A stretch of DNA of 64,000 bases from Plasmodiophora brassicae (taxonomy: Eukaryota), in assembly GCA_036867785.1 (NCBI GenBank), contig CP145413.1:1364001-1428000 (forward strand), given 5' to 3'. The notes beneath the pieces were generated by a model. That model was not told the origin of the DNA, ran no database searches, and worked only from the letters and a program-made list of their open reading frames with translations. Shown in pieces: positions 1 through 12,821 of this stretch; position 1 is the first letter of the stretch, and each line of letters begins with the position of its first letter. A program made the translations under genes and the position numbers.

Positions 1-3000
1 GTGCTGACCCGATCACAACTTCGATCCTGAGCACCAGGAACCGCACCGCCAGCATCATCGGGCGCAACGCGACGCTGACAATCACTGGGGTCAACCTTCC
101 ATCGGGGGTCGGCACCATCACCATCAACAACGTGCCAATAACGTCGCCGGGCCAGACGATTCAGGCCATCTCGTCGGACATGTCGTTGACGTTCGCTCAG
201 GCGCTGGGACACACCGGGACGCCGATCGCCTCCATTGACGTCATCCTGTCGGTGCGTTCCCCCGGATTCACCCTCACGCAGCACGCCACCATCGTCATCA
301 ACGTGCGGTTGAACACGAGGCCGGTCGCCGGATCAGCAGGCAGTGCAACGTGGCTGGATGGCATTCAGCAGTACTTCATATCCCCATCGCTCGCCTGGCC
401 ACGTATCCAGCCTTCAAATGGCCTCTCCGCGATCACCGTCGAGTTCTGGGCGTATTTAGACGCGTCCTGCGCTGGGGACACCGCCTTCTTCAGTCTGAAC
501 GGCAACGGCGAGCAGAACCAGCCTTGGCCGATGGAGTTCGGCGCGAACCGTCGCTGGGGCCGCTGGCACGTCCAGATGCCGGACGGGAACAACAACATCA
601 ACTGGAACATTGGCAGCGACAACCTGGTGACGCCGGCGACCCCGTTCTATAACGGCTGGGCCCATTACGCATTCGTCGCCGACCACGTCCAGGGCACACA
701 GGCGGCAATCTACATCAACGGGCAGATGGTGGCCAACATGACCCGGGATCACGACGGGTTCCAGAACGTGGCCTCTCCGGGCGGGTATAATCACATCACG
801 GTCGGCACCTGGACCTTCTGGAGCGAGGTCTACAACAAGGGCATCTACGATGACCTGCGCTTGTGGAATCGGTCGCTGTCGGGTGAGGAGATTCGCCACC
901 GGATGTGGCAGCAGCTGCAGGGAGACGAACCCGACTTGTACGCGTACTGGACATTCGACGACAATTCGGGCGGTGTCGTACGCGATCTGACGCGACGCGG
1001 CCACGACCTGATCGCCGGCGGATGCGTCCCCTGTGAACCCCGATTCTACTGTCAACCCGACTTCGTGACGTGGGCAACTGAGCCAGTGCCTCCGCTGGAC
1101 TCATCGGCTTGTATTCCTTCGGCGAAATCGACATCATCGCCTGCGTTCCTGACGCGCACCTGCTTCGGCGGTACGCATTGCTTCCTGGGCAACGAGGACC
1201 CCGTCACGCGCCCGGGTCAGATCATCTCGTCGGCACCGATTGGCGGGGTCGTGTTCAGTCCGGTTGGGTTGACCGGGCACTCGATCGGCGTCATCCTGAA
1301 CGGGACTGATCCGGACGGGGACCCGGTCGCGTTCGCGGTCACCAGTTTTTCTTCGCATGGCGTTGTCCAGTATTGGAACGGGTCGACCTGGCACACGATC
1401 ACATCGTCGCCGGCAACGCTACCGACTGCCAAGTTACAAGTCCTCACGAATCAGGGAGACGGTGGCATGCCGTTTACAACGATCACGTACGTGGTCAGCG
1501 ACACGTACTCGGCGTCGACTCCTCTGACCGTCAACGTGAACGTCATGTGCACCGAGGGCACGTACCTGAACCAGACAGCGCGCCAGTGCCAGGCGTGCCC
1601 CGTCGGTACCTACGCACCTCTGCCGTCATTCAACACGTCGTGCATGCCCTGCCCGGTGAGCATGTTTCAGCCGAAGACGGGTGCGGTCAGCTGCGAACCG
1701 TGCGTGCCGGGGCGAACCTTCACTGCGCAGCCGGGTGCAGCTCAGTGCGCGCCCTGCAACGGCACACTGTCGCTGCACGATTCGCGCCTACCGCTCTCCA
1801 CGACGCTGTGTCGCGCGTCCTACCAAATCCCAAACCCAGTGGCAACTACAGGCGGGTCCATTTCGTACATCGAGTTCGCGCCATTGCTGATCGACATGAC
1901 GCCAAGCGACGCGCGTGTCATCATTCGCTCCATGCCCCAGTACGGCACCCTGCACCAAGTAGCTGAGGACGGCATCAGTGTCGCTGACGACGACGTCGGC
2001 CAGTACCAGTACGCGCCGATCGGCATCATGCCTCAATGGGTCGACCACGTTGTGGATGTCACATCTTCGGCAGCTGGATACCCGGCTGGTGCCTTGGTCG
2101 GTGCGTCCGACGTGCGCCTCAGCGGGGCCTCATCCAACGCTTGGTCACCGGACGGCCCTGTCGTCGCTACACTTACTGTCGGGTTCGCCGAGGCCGTCTA
2201 CACAACGGGGGTCAGCGTCTACGAGAACACGGGAGGCGGGGCGGTGCAACGTATTGAGGCGCAACGACCTGATGGCCGATGGGCGACGATCTGGTCGGGC
2301 GCAGTACTGCCTGTTGGGTTAACCGCGATGCGCACCTGGCAACCACCCATCTGTCCGACCAACTTCCCCACCCAGACGCTGCGCCTGACGGTGAACGCCC
2401 TGAAGAGTAAGGGCTCGCACGGTATCGATGCGATTCAATTGGTCGGCGCACCGTACCTGAATGGCACCGCCGAGATCATCATCGCCAACACCAACCTGAC
2501 CATCGCGTATCGCTCGCCGTCACTGTCGTCGATTGGTGCATCACCCGGGTACCAGCTGGTGGACAGCATCAGCTACGAAATTGTGTCTTGCCCAGCGGGA
2601 CTGGCTTTGATGACGTCGGGGACCCAGCAGTTATCAGTGACTTTGGGAACAAGCACGACCGCGCTTGCTGCGTTTACAGACGCCAGTTTGGCATCTGTCA
2701 TCGTTAGTATGGCGGTCTCGATCCTAGGCACCGTCGTCTGCATCGCATCCGCTGTTGTTATCTACATGTGGAAGGAGCAGCCGATCGTCAAGGCAGGTTC
2801 GGTCTACTTCCAGTTCGTTATGCTGTTCGGCATGTTCTGCGGGTTTCTGCTTCTGTTCCTGTCGGCCCTCTTCGAATGGAACCGTGCCTTATTGCCCGGG
2901 TTCTGTTCTGTTCGCCCGTTCCTGCTCTCTGTGTCTTTCGTTATGATAACTGGATCTATCATTGTGAAGACCGGGCGCATCCTGTACATTTTCATCTATG

Positions 3001-3653
3001 TCGATGGTAAGAGAGTGACCAAGGTGTTGAACTGGCAATTGTCAGCCTTGTTGGCCGTCATGTTCGCCATTGACGTGGCTATCGACCTGACCTGGCAGCT
3101 TGTCGATCCTCTCCAAACAACGATCGTCATCGACAGTACCGGCAGGGAGTACCACATGTGTTCGGGAGCGAACGCCCTGTCTGGGTTCTTCTACACGACC
3201 AGCGTCATCTACAAAAGCATTCTCATTGCCATCAGCATGCTGTTTGCCCTCAAGGTCCGCAACGCTCCATCCGTGTTTAACGAAGCCAAAGCCCTGTCCT
3301 TCATGGCGTACGCCATCTCAACGCAATGCCTTATCTTCCTGGTCCTCAGCAGCCTGATCGCCGATAACGCGTCTGCTTTGCTGTTCGTCACATGTTTCAA
3401 CATGGGCATTGCCCTGTTCTCAACCTGGACGATCCTAATCGGGTACAAATTCTATGTCGTCAAGTACTTGCCCGAAGAGAACATCGTGAAAATCATCAGA
3501 ACCGAAAACCGCAACAGCAACTTCGCTACGTTCAGAGCCCGCGACGCCCAGAAGAAGGAAGACCAGCTCACCCAAGGCACCAAGTCGTCCTTTGACGAAA
3601 CGGCAACCGCCGTCAACAAGAACCACTCCTTGGCGTCCGGTGCGGCTCTCTGA
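1..3653 (+). CDS. Large class C (GABA-B/7tm_3-like) GPCR with LamG/pentraxin, Ig/cadherin-like, Cys-rich (GCC2/ephrin-receptor-like) and pappalysin-like ectodomains; 5' truncated by window
   Basis: Frame is open from base 3. LamG motifs (TVEFW, WAHYAFV, DDLRLWNRSLS), DPDGDPVAF repeat, CxxCPxGTY repeats; seven hydrophobic segments with class C signatures (PIVKAGSVYF, KTGRILYIF, KVRNAPSVFNEAK). Confidence 0.88.
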   Translation, partial: ADPITTSILSTRNRTASIIGRNATLTITGVNLPSGVGTITINNVPITSPGQTIQAISSDMSLTFAQALGHTGTPIASIDVILSVRSPGFTLTQHATIVINVRLNTRPVAGSAGSATWLDGIQQYFISPSLAWPRIQPSNGLSAITVEFWAYLDASCAGDTAFFSLNGNGEQNQPWPMEFGANRRWGRWHVQMPDGNNNINWNIGSDNLVTPATPFYNGWAHYAFVADHVQGTQAAIYINGQMVANMTRDHDGFQNVASPGGYNHITVGTWTFWSEVYNKGIYDDLRLWNRSLSGEEIRHRMWQQLQGDEPDLYAYWTFDDNSGGVVRDLTRRGHDLIAGGCVPCEPRFYCQPDFVTWATEPVPPLDSSACIPSAKSTSSPAFLTRTCFGGTHCFLGNEDPVTRPGQIISSAPIGGVVFSPVGLTGHSIGVILNGTDPDGDPVAFAVTSFSSHGVVQYWNGSTWHTITSSPATLPTAKLQVLTNQGDGGMPFTTITYVVSDTYSASTPLTVNVNVMCTEGTYLNQTARQCQACPVGTYAPLPSFNTSCMPCPVSMFQPKTGAVSCEPCVPGRTFTAQPGAAQCAPCNGTLSLHDSRLPLSTTLCRASYQIPNPVATTGGSISYIEFAPLLIDMTPSDARVIIRSMPQYGTLHQVAEDGISVADDDVGQYQYAPIGIMPQWVDHVVDVTSSAAGYPAGALVGASDVRLSGASSNAWSPDGPVVATLTVGFAEAVYTTGVSVYENTGGGAVQRIEAQRPDGRWATIWSGAVLPVGLTAMRTWQPPICPTNFPTQTLRLTVNALKSKGSHGIDAIQLVGAPYLNGTAEIIIANTNLTIAYRSPSLSSIGASPGYQLVDSISYEIVSCPAGLALMTSGTQQLSVTLGTSTTALAAFTDASLASVIVSMAVSILGTVVCIASAVVIYMWKEQPIVKAGSVYFQFVMLFGMFCGFLLLFLSALFEWNRALLPGFCSVRPFLLSVSFVMITGSIIVKTGRILYIFIYVDGKRVTKVLNWQLSALLAVMFAIDVAIDLTWQLVDPLQTTIVIDSTGREYHMCSGANALSGFFYTTSVIYKSILIAISMLFALKVRNAPSVFNEAKALSFMAYAISTQCLIFLVLSSLIADNASALLFVTCFNMGIALFSTWTILIGYKFYVVKYLPEENIVKIIRTENRNSNFATFRARDAQKKEDQLTQGTKSSFDETATAVNKNHSLASGAAL

Positions 3654-5193
3654 TGATGAACGGTTGCGCTCAGGTTGAACAAACTTGACAAAATTGCCTT
3701 CTTTAGAGCACTTCCGATGACCGTTGTTTGAGCTGGTGTAATCGATGTCAGAGCTGTAGCCGACGGGATCAGACTAAGCGGAATAGGCTCTCCGCGACCC
3801 CAGCAGTGACCATCACGACCTGGTCGGTTTGTTGGAGTGCCCCCGGTCCATCCTCATGCAGAGCCCTTGTGCAGGTATTTACCGGGACTCGCTCATTCAT
3901 TGGCAGGTTGGCCATGAATATGTCGAGCCACGGGCGCAACTGAATCAACATTCAATTTCCACCTAATCGCGCCGTAGCTTGACATTCCCTGTCCAGCATC
4001 ATTCGCGTCCGCCCGTATGCGTGCGTTGCCACACAATAGCAACAGATCATTGTAACTGCGTTCCAACAGCTGGTCGTGTCAGTGCCTATAGGGATCATCT
4101 GGCCGCTCGGGTCCGTGTCGTTGGTTAACCCATGAACCAAATTTGCTTGCATTGGCGTGCCCTCGGAAGACAGCCCGGCTATCGACCTCATTGCACATCC
4201 TGTTCGACGGGAGGCTACTGCGTTACCACGACGACGGCGGTCCGCGCCTCGCGACCGACGAGTGTTGAGCTTCTCCTTGAGCTACAACGGCCGTGCTCTG
4301 GATAGCGCCTTCCGGATTGCAATGTTCAAGTCGCGCTCGCCAGGACGCAGGACGACACATGTGGACACTGTTCCAAAGACGTTCGCTGGCAAACGGGCGA
4401 CTGCGCGTAGTTCGACGTAATGCGAGTGAATTTCAGGCATGATGAACGCGCCGTATCGAGTAAACCCTTCAAGACATGTTAAGTAGAAGCCAGGCGCGCC
4501 TACAGGTACCTGCAGGTGCATAGTGAGCCGATAGAAGGTCATTGAACGCTCGTGGTCAGATTGGCTTCGTTCGGTTCCTGGAGAAACGCATCGATTCAAA
4601 GTCGTCGCTGTCGCGCGTCTTGCAAGACGACTGTTGCACCGTATTCATCCTGTTATTCATTATCCTTATCGCGGAAGATTCAGCCTACGTGAAGAATTCG
4701 GTTATGGTTTCGGCCATCGCCGCTGCAGGCCCCTACACGTTCCTGTTTTCATTGTACGCTAGCTAGAACACGGTCGTCAGCGATGTGGAGTGATACGCGG
4801 GCGTGTCTCAGGCATATACGCGTTTCTTGCTCGTCTGTACTCGTTTGGTACTGTGAATGTTTGTCGATGATGGCGATCTGCATAAGGTCTCCGATTTTCG
4901 CCGTACCCACGTCATTTCGTGGACAACCCATTGGGATGGACGGTATGCTTCTTGTCGACTTACTGCTGGCGTGCACTCCATAACGCCTCCCGAGTGAAAA
5001 TGAACACACCCTCGTTACCACGGCAGGCAAGTCAGCCGCACATGCAGGTTCGTCGAGCCCCGTAACTAAAGGCGTCAATTCACAGGCTACTCCAATTAAG
5101 TAATGATCTCAGTTCAGAACCGTTGCCTTGTCTGTTAAGTACGTAACGACGGATCATATGGGTTTCTTATGCGACAGTGGGAAAGTACTGGGA

Positions 5194-5720
5194 TCACCAG
5201 AAGAAGCGAAGAGAGAAGAACAAGAATCCCCAGCAGCATATGCCCGCGATCAAGAGCACCTTGCCGAACATGAACCCGACATCCTGGATGATGCCTTTGG
5301 CGGAACGCAGGATCGCCAAGTACGCCCCAGCGAACACGGTCAGCAGCGGCGGCACGATCGAATTCGTTTTCAGGAGTTCGCGGCGACGCTTCACGCGCGC
5401 GTCTCTTTCCGACTGCGCCTGTTCAGTTGCTCCCGCCGATTCAACGTCTGTTACTGGACGGGCACAGGCACTCAGTATGGGTCGGATACGTCGAACGACA
5501 CACAGGAAGCCAAACCTTTCACGTCATCCACAAAACGAAGGATGTACGCATTGTAGAACAGGGACGTGAACGACAGCAACGCAAGCAGTAGGCCACACGT
5601 GCCGCAAATCAGCCCATATATCATCAGTTCCAAATCCATACATCGCTGCGCTGAATCCATTATCCATAGGCCCGTGCTGAAGAAGACGCCGACGGCGACC
5701 ACAATGCAGGCGCGTCGCAT
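5194..5720 (-). CDS. Small ~4-TM membrane protein of unknown function (2 exons)
   Basis: ORFs 5472..5963 and 5194..5394 join in frame through a GT..AG intron (~5515-5454); four hydrophobic stretches. Confidence 0.55.
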
Positions 5721-6233
5721 GCCCAGTTCCTGCAAGGGCACAATCGTGTCAGCTCGGCGGCCATCGTCTGCAGCAACCACCGTACATGTATGGCCGCCCC
5801 GAACAGCTGGGACCCAGCTTGCGCTGCCAGCGTACCTTCGTGCATCGTTCACCAGCCGCTCACCCAGCAATCGCGTCAGGAGGTGTGTCCAATCGACAGC
5901 AACCGGCGTCCTATTTCTGGCGACTTCCCGAGCTCGGTCGATCCGAGCCGAGACCCTGGTCAACGGTCCAGTACGTCGTCAAGGACGCTTCGCTTCCGAC
6001 ACTCCAACGCTTATCACGTTGCGCAGTAGCGCTGAAGCAGGCAGACGCCTACATAGGTCCTGTCCTGATGTGGTGAGGCGCCCGCAGTGCAACGGGCGTT
6101 TCGCTGATCAGTGATCGGCAACAAACTTGAGGGCGAAAAACGGCAGGTCGTCCTCGGCGTGGGCGCCACGGGTCGATGCGGTTTTATAACTGCGCGTGGC
6201 ACACACCCACCCACACGCACCCACCCACCGACC

Positions 6234-7388
6234 ATGGCGAGCGGCGTCCTGGATTGGCTACGATGGTCGATGACGCAGGACGCATGGGTCTACGCCAAGG
6301 CGCCGATGTCGTGGTACCCGTCCGGGGCGCCGAGGTCCATGCACCCGACGATCGACGACCTGGCCTGGGCGATCCCCTGCGCCATCGTCTTGTCCGTGTT
6401 GCGTGCGGCCGCCACCAGGTGTGCCGTGCCGTGTGCGGGACAGCACTGCTGCGTGATGATGTTTGACACGCGCGTTTGCGACAGGTTGATCTATAAGCCG
6501 GCAGCCATTCATTTCCTGTCGGCGCGGAACAAGAGCGAGCCGGTGGCCGTCAAGAAGTTTACCGAGTCGGCGTTCAAGTGTACGGCGTACATTGTCCTGA
6601 GCGCCCAGGGCCTGACCATTCAGTTCCGCGAGAAATGGTTGCTGGACACGAGCGAGTACTGGAGAGGTTGGCCTCAGGTGCTCGTCCCGGGTATGCGATT
6701 GTACTACATAACGGAACTGTCATTGTGTAAGCGTGCTTGCTGGATTCGCACTGCTGCTGAACCGTCGCTGACTGTTCGTAGACCTTCATCTACTCATCGC
6801 ACAGTTCTTCGACACGCGACGGAAGGACTTCGTCGAAATGTTCATCCATCACATCGTAACGATTCCATTAATCGTCGCCTCGTACTGCGTCAACTTCGAA
6901 CGCATTGGCGGGACGATCATGATCGTGCATGATCTCAGTAAGGGTGCGCTACGGTCAGCTGTCTCCGCGTCCTGACAGCTGCTGGCAGGTGATGTGTTCC
7001 TCGAAGCCGCTAAACTGGCAAACTACGCGAACGCGCGCATGCTGTGCGACTCGTTGTTTGTGGCCTTTGCCATCGTGTTCTTCTGTACGCGTCTCGTTAT
7101 CCTGCCGTGGAAGGTTGGTTCGCCGAAGGCGCGCTCGCCACGTATTGCTCATTCGACCCGCAGATCATGTACACGATCATGATCGAATCCCTGGACTACG
7201 TCATCTCTCCCATCGGATGGCCGTTCCACTCCGGGTTCATGGCCGTGCTCATCGTCCTCCACGTGTTCTGGTTCCAAATCATCCTGCGCATGGTGTTCAA
7301 GTTTCTTCGGGCGGGCAGCGTCGAGGGAGACGACCGCAGCGACGACGAAGACGAGGAATGCACCACAGAGCAGAAGAAGTCCAAGTGA
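6234..7388 (+). CDS. Ceramide synthase (LAG1/LAC1, TLC domain), multi-exon
   Basis: KKFTESAFK; spliced [28 protein letters not shown] Lag1 motif; C-terminal DDRSDDEDE. Confidence 0.92.
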
Positions 7389-7688
7389 AGCGATGCTCTT
7401 ATATAGGTCGACTTTCCCGCGGTCTGTAGTGTCCCCGAATACAGTGTCGGCTTGTCGGTGATCCCGTCCATGCACTGCGACCGAGAGAAGGTGTTGTCCT
7501 CATCCTGCTTCGGTGGGTCGTTTTTGCGCGGCGTGAAATTTGCGCCGAAGTTCTTGAATCGTCGTCGACGATTTCAACGCCCGGCATTATCCAGAAGACC
7601 CGCCAGCGCAATTTCGCGTTCCAGAACAGACCGGGTCGAGGTGGTGGTCGCGCGCCATTTCTAGTCGTGGACGTGCAACGGCAATCTG

Positions 7689-8868
7689 ATGGCCGATGTG
7701 ACGGCCGGCCAGGCACCGCCGCCGCTGGCCAACATCGCTGCGGACCGCCTGCAGGAAGCGGAATCGGGACCTCGGATACCAATTGTGTACGGGTCCTGCA
7801 CTCGTCAAGGTACAGACAGGATCCGCTTTGCGTGCAAATCCCATCATCTAAACGCAGTGTAGGTCTGGACCATGAAAACGAGGACAGAATATGCATTTCT
7901 GACCACGATGACTTTATGTTCTTCCTTGTTTCGGTGCGTTCGTCCTGAAACCTCGGATCATACATGTTTGATGGATTCGCATGTCAGGACGGGCATGACG
8001 GCCCTGAAGCAGCATCGTTCGCCGAGCAACACCTCAACTGGAACACCAAACGGGCGCTGGATGGATCGGCGCAACAAGATGCTAACGATGACGTTGTCAC
8101 CCTTGATCATGCTCTCCGGGAAGGGGTTTTAAGTACCGACAGCCAGGTGATCATTCAGCTGCCGTTTAACTGCTGTCCGTTTACATGGCCTAATCGGTGG
8201 GCAGTTCTGTCAGAAGGCTCGAAGAAACGGGTGGACTGCGGGTGCCTGTGTTGCTGCTTGTGCTGTCAGAGGTCACCATTTCGCCGCTGCGTCTGCAGGC
8301 GACTGTGCTGTTGTCTATCATGACGAGCATGGCGAGTTCGGGTTGCTTTGTCATCGTCACGTAGCGACTGATGCCGCAGAAGCGGCGAGAATCCGCGCTT
8401 GTGGCGGATTCATAAGGGACGGTCGCATCCTGGGCATTTTAGCACCGTCCAGAGGCATTGGCGATACCGACGTTCGTGACAATTGCCCCGGGGCGACCAT
8501 TCCTGATCCCCATGTCCAATCCCGAATCCTTCCACGGAAGTTCGTGGAGAACGGCCCGCCTGTGTTCGCTGTCATCGGATCTGACGGCGTCTTCGATTCG
8601 CTACCGCTCGACGTTATTGTGTTATCGACCAAGAGGTAAACCTTTGCGGTACTCCTGCGTGGTCGCTGGCTGTTGACAAACGTTTCTGCAGGGTTCTTCT
8701 GCTGAACAGGCAAAATCCGAACCGGGCGGAGATCGCTGCGAAGAGGATCGTCAAGCAATGCATTCCTCATACAAGGGACGATATTTCCGTTGTGGTCGTA
8801 TGTTTCGGCCCATGACGCGTTACCAAGCCCAGAGATGGCGTTTTTCAGCAAGGCATAATGGAGATATA
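7689..8868 (+). CDS. PP2C-family protein phosphatase, multi-exon (ends approximate)
   Basis: ENEDR, DGHDG, LAPSRGIGD and GSDGVFD motifs spread across exons. Confidence 0.82.
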
Positions 8869-9602
8869 CTGTGCAATATATTAATAAGAAAGCAGTCGAA
8901 TTGCACATGGCGTTCCAGTAGCCGCTCAAAGAGGACCTACCTGTCATCGGACCCAGCAGTGAAAACAGTGATCATGGGTATCATCATCTCAACGGTTGGC
9001 CAGCGCGCTCCTGCAACGTTTAACGCAGCACTGAAACCGACATGTCGTATGCTTGTAATGTATCCATTGCACGTCTGGTGAGACCCGACGCAAGCACAAC
9101 GCCAAGGAAGATGAACATGGACAGGGCAGTATGGGGCCATGCACGATGGCACGAGCGCGGTGTTTTGGGGTTGCCTGAACGCAGCCGTCGTTGACTCGTT
9201 GTGCTGGCCTGGGTCTATTTCGCGCCCCGGTCTTCAGAATGTTCCGGAACACGACGCGGTCGCGCAACCGGCTATATTTGAGCACGCAACTGCCGCGAGC
9301 ACAATGCGCCCGGTGACTATTCCTGGTCGGCTTGTAGCGCCGGTACAGGCCCAACAACCGTTTATCCACACCGGGCCAGCGGTCTGGTCGAAAACGCAAC
9401 CGGAGGTCGTCGGTTGAGATAGTGGTCTGTGCGCGAGCCACCCGTCTGTTGCGTCGGCTATAGGCGCTGGCTCGGCCGGCGGCGAGGTGACCGTGGCCCC
9501 CGAGAGCGGCCGATCACGGCATTTTTTGGGCGTCATGCAACTCACGCGATTTCTGCTGCGTGACTGACGTGGGTCAGGTCATTTGACACGGCGGACCTGG
9601 GG

Positions 9603-12600
9603 ATGCCGGACGACCGGGAGGGTTTTGTCGACGACGACCCGCGGCTCATGTCCCTGGACCTGTCCAGCGATGACGGCGATGAGTTCGTGCGCAGCGAGCA
9701 TCGCGAAAAGGTCCTACAGGAGCGTATCGTCGCGCTCCAGGCCCAGGTCACCGAGGAGCGCGACTTGCGCCGTCAAGCGCGGCGGCAGGTGGCCGCGAAC
9801 CGCGTCGAATCGCCAACGAGCTTCCGTCTCCTGGTTGTCGCCAACCGTCTTCCCATGTCGCTGACGAAGGACGAATTCGGGCAGTGGTCGGCGACAATGA
9901 GCTCCGGCGGCCTCGTCTCTGCCCTGATGGGCGTCAAGAACATGGAAATGAAGTGGATCGGATGGCCTGGTGCCACGATCGACAACGACGCCGATCGGCA
10001 AGCCATCGTCACGCTGCTCGCCGAGAAGAACTGCAAACCCGTGTTCCTGTCGAAGAACCTAACCGACCTGTACTATTCTGGGTACGCCAACAACGTCATC
10101 TGGCCGTTATTCCACTACATGCCGCCGCCGATCGACCACCTGAAGAACTCGAACTTGATGTTCGAGGCGTATGAGACCGTCAACCAGATGTTTGCCGACG
10201 AGGTCCTGTCTGAATACCGCCACGGCGACATCGTCTGGGTCCACGATTACCACCTCATGCTTCTGCCGGGCATACTGCGGACGGCGTCCCCCAAGATGCA
10301 GATCGGGTTCTTCCTGCACACGCCGTTCCCGTCGTCCGAGATCTACCGAATCCTGCCGCAGCGGGACGAGATCGTGCACAGCCTGCTGTCCAGCGACCTG
10401 ATCGGCTTCCAGGTCTATGATTACTGCAGGTAATGTTATTGGGCAACTGCTGCGACGTCCGTCGCAGCCGCCTGATTCGTTCGCCAGGCATTTCATGACG
10501 TCGTGTACGAGGGTTCTAGGTATGGACAACCCACCGAATGGCGGCCAGCTTGGCAAGGGGCTTGCAACGGTGGGCGCGTTTCCGATTGGCATTGACCCGA
10601 CGCGGTTTACGAGCGCTGTCGGCACGCCCCGCGTCATACAGTACATTGACGAGTTCAAGAAACAGTTCAACGGCCTCACTGTCATTGTTGGTATTGATCG
10701 GCTCGACCCGATCAAAGGCATTCTGCACAAAATCCACGCCATGGAACAGTTCTTCAGCGACAACCCGAACTGGTATGGTCGATGCGAGTTGCACGTCTCG
10801 CTCGATTCCTGACGGTGGTGTGCGCAGGGTCGGCAAAGTTGTCCTTGTTCAAATTGCTGTTCCTTCGCGTTGCGACGTACCTGAGTACCAGCGGCTCGCC
10901 AAGGAGACTCATGAGCACGTTGGGCGCGTCAATGGTCGCTTCGGATCGATCTCGCATGCGCCCATTCACTTCCTGGATCAGTCGATTGAATTCGAGAAGA
11001 TGTGTGCATTGTATGCACTGGCCGACGTCTGTCTGATCACCTCACTTCGGGACGGTATGAACCTGGTGTCCTTCGAGTACGTTGCCTGCCAGACAGCCAT
11101 GCAAGGGGAAGGTGTCCTGCTCCTTAGTGAGTTCTGTGGCGCGTCCCAATCTTTAGGCATGTCTTCCCGTGTACTGTTTCTATTGGGCAAGTCTTAACAT
11201 TTCAATGTCAGGAGCGGGCTCCATCCGCATTAATCCATGGGATGTCATTGAGACTTCAAAGGCAATCCTGTACGCCCTGGAGATGTCACCGGCCGAGAGA
11301 AAGGTGGGCCATTGTTTGGATTCGCTCGTACAGTGGCGTGTGCTGATTGTTACGTTCGCTCTGTCTAGGAGTACCATCGTTACGCTCTGAACTACGTCCA
11401 GTCGCATTCCGCCCAGCATTGGGCGGATTCGTTTGTTTCAAAGCTTCGTCACTGTAAGAAGGACGTCGTTCAGGTGCCGGTTGTCCCTCGCCGTCTCGAT
11501 ATGGACGACGTCATTGAGGCGTTTCAGAAATCGTCAAAGTAACATCTGCATGCATTTGTGATGTACTTGTGTTTGACTGTACTCTTCTTAGCTGCCATCG
11601 AGTCCTGGTTCTCGGCCTCGTCGGAACTCTGATTCAGCGGCGCGCCAGGTAACACCCGAATGCCGCTTACCTCGCCCCACCTGGTTCCGATATCTGAACC
11701 GTTGCAGTGGCATGCCGTACGATCGTTTTCAAATGTTCGCGAAATGCTCTGCGGCTACCCTCAAGGCCCTCCAGAAGCTCAGCAATGACCCGCAGACAAC
11801 CGTTGTTGTTCTGACGTCCCGGAACCGATCGCTATGCGATGCTGTCTTGGGCAACAACCCAGTTTGGGTCGGTGCCGAGAACGGTATATTCCTGAAGCGG
11901 GGCTCTGGTGCCGAATGGGAGAATCTGCAGGTACGTTTCGTTCGTTGATTGGTAGTAGTTTGTATTAAGCTGCGGTCAGGAAACCGTTGATCTATCGTGG
12001 ACGGACGAGGTGCTGAAAGTATTCAATTACTTTACCGAGCGTACCCCCAAATCCTTTGTCGAGAAGGAGTCGACGTTCATCTCGTGGCATTACCGCGACT
12101 GCGATCGCGAATTCGGAGAGCTTCAAGCGCGCGATCTGCTGATGCATCTCGTAGCGGGACCTCTGGTCAACACGTCTACGGAAGTTGTCCACAGCTCCAA
12201 GCTCATTCAGGTTCGACCGGCCGGTGTCTCGAAAGGTGCGTTTCCCCCGATCACGTGTACGCGTCCTATGCTGACGTTCCTGTTCAGGAAACATGGCCGA
12301 TCGAATTATTTCCCTGATCCAACAAGAACATCCAAACATCGGCTTCCTCGCTTGCCTTGGCGACTTCCTTAACCGCGACGAGGACCTATTCCAGCACATT
12401 GCTGGCAGCACGGTCTCTGCGCGGTCGCCCTTGATGCCTTGGCTGGTTTGCTGACGATGTATTCCCCAGTCCACCACCCCGCGACGATCGGCGTCGTCAC
12501 TCTGCCTACCCAGATCCTGCTATATCGCGACGATCAACGTCGGCGCGAAGGCCGGCCACGCGATGAAGTACGTACGCAGCTCTGTCGAGGTCGAACAGAT

Positions 12601-12688
12601 CCTCGGCAAACTCGCCGACACGATCCCGAATTCGTCGTCCGCGTCGTCGCTGTCGAACGGCAAGAACGAAAGGCGTGGCGTTCAGTGA
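9603..12688 (+). CDS. TPS1: Trehalose-6-phosphate synthase/phosphatase (GT20 + HAD), multi-exon
   Basis: VVANRLP, SSGGLVSAL, WVHDYHLMLLP, GFFLHTPFPSSE, GIDRLDPIKG, SLRDGMNLVSFE, AENG, WHYR, RPAGVSKG. Confidence 0.95.
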
Positions 12689-12821
12689 TTCCATAAACAG
12701 GCAGCCAGTTTTATCGTAATGCCAGGGGGGCGGCGGCACGATTGACCATTGAACTGCTACGCGACCGGTCCGTCGTCGACGGTCGAGACTGAAAACTGCG
12801 GCGCTGTCGATCGAAACGCCA

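Noticed and set aside
8880-9590. Possible ncRNA or small gene upstream of TPS
   Set aside because: No recognisable RNA motif or credible ORF; likely promoter/5' UTR with an intron.
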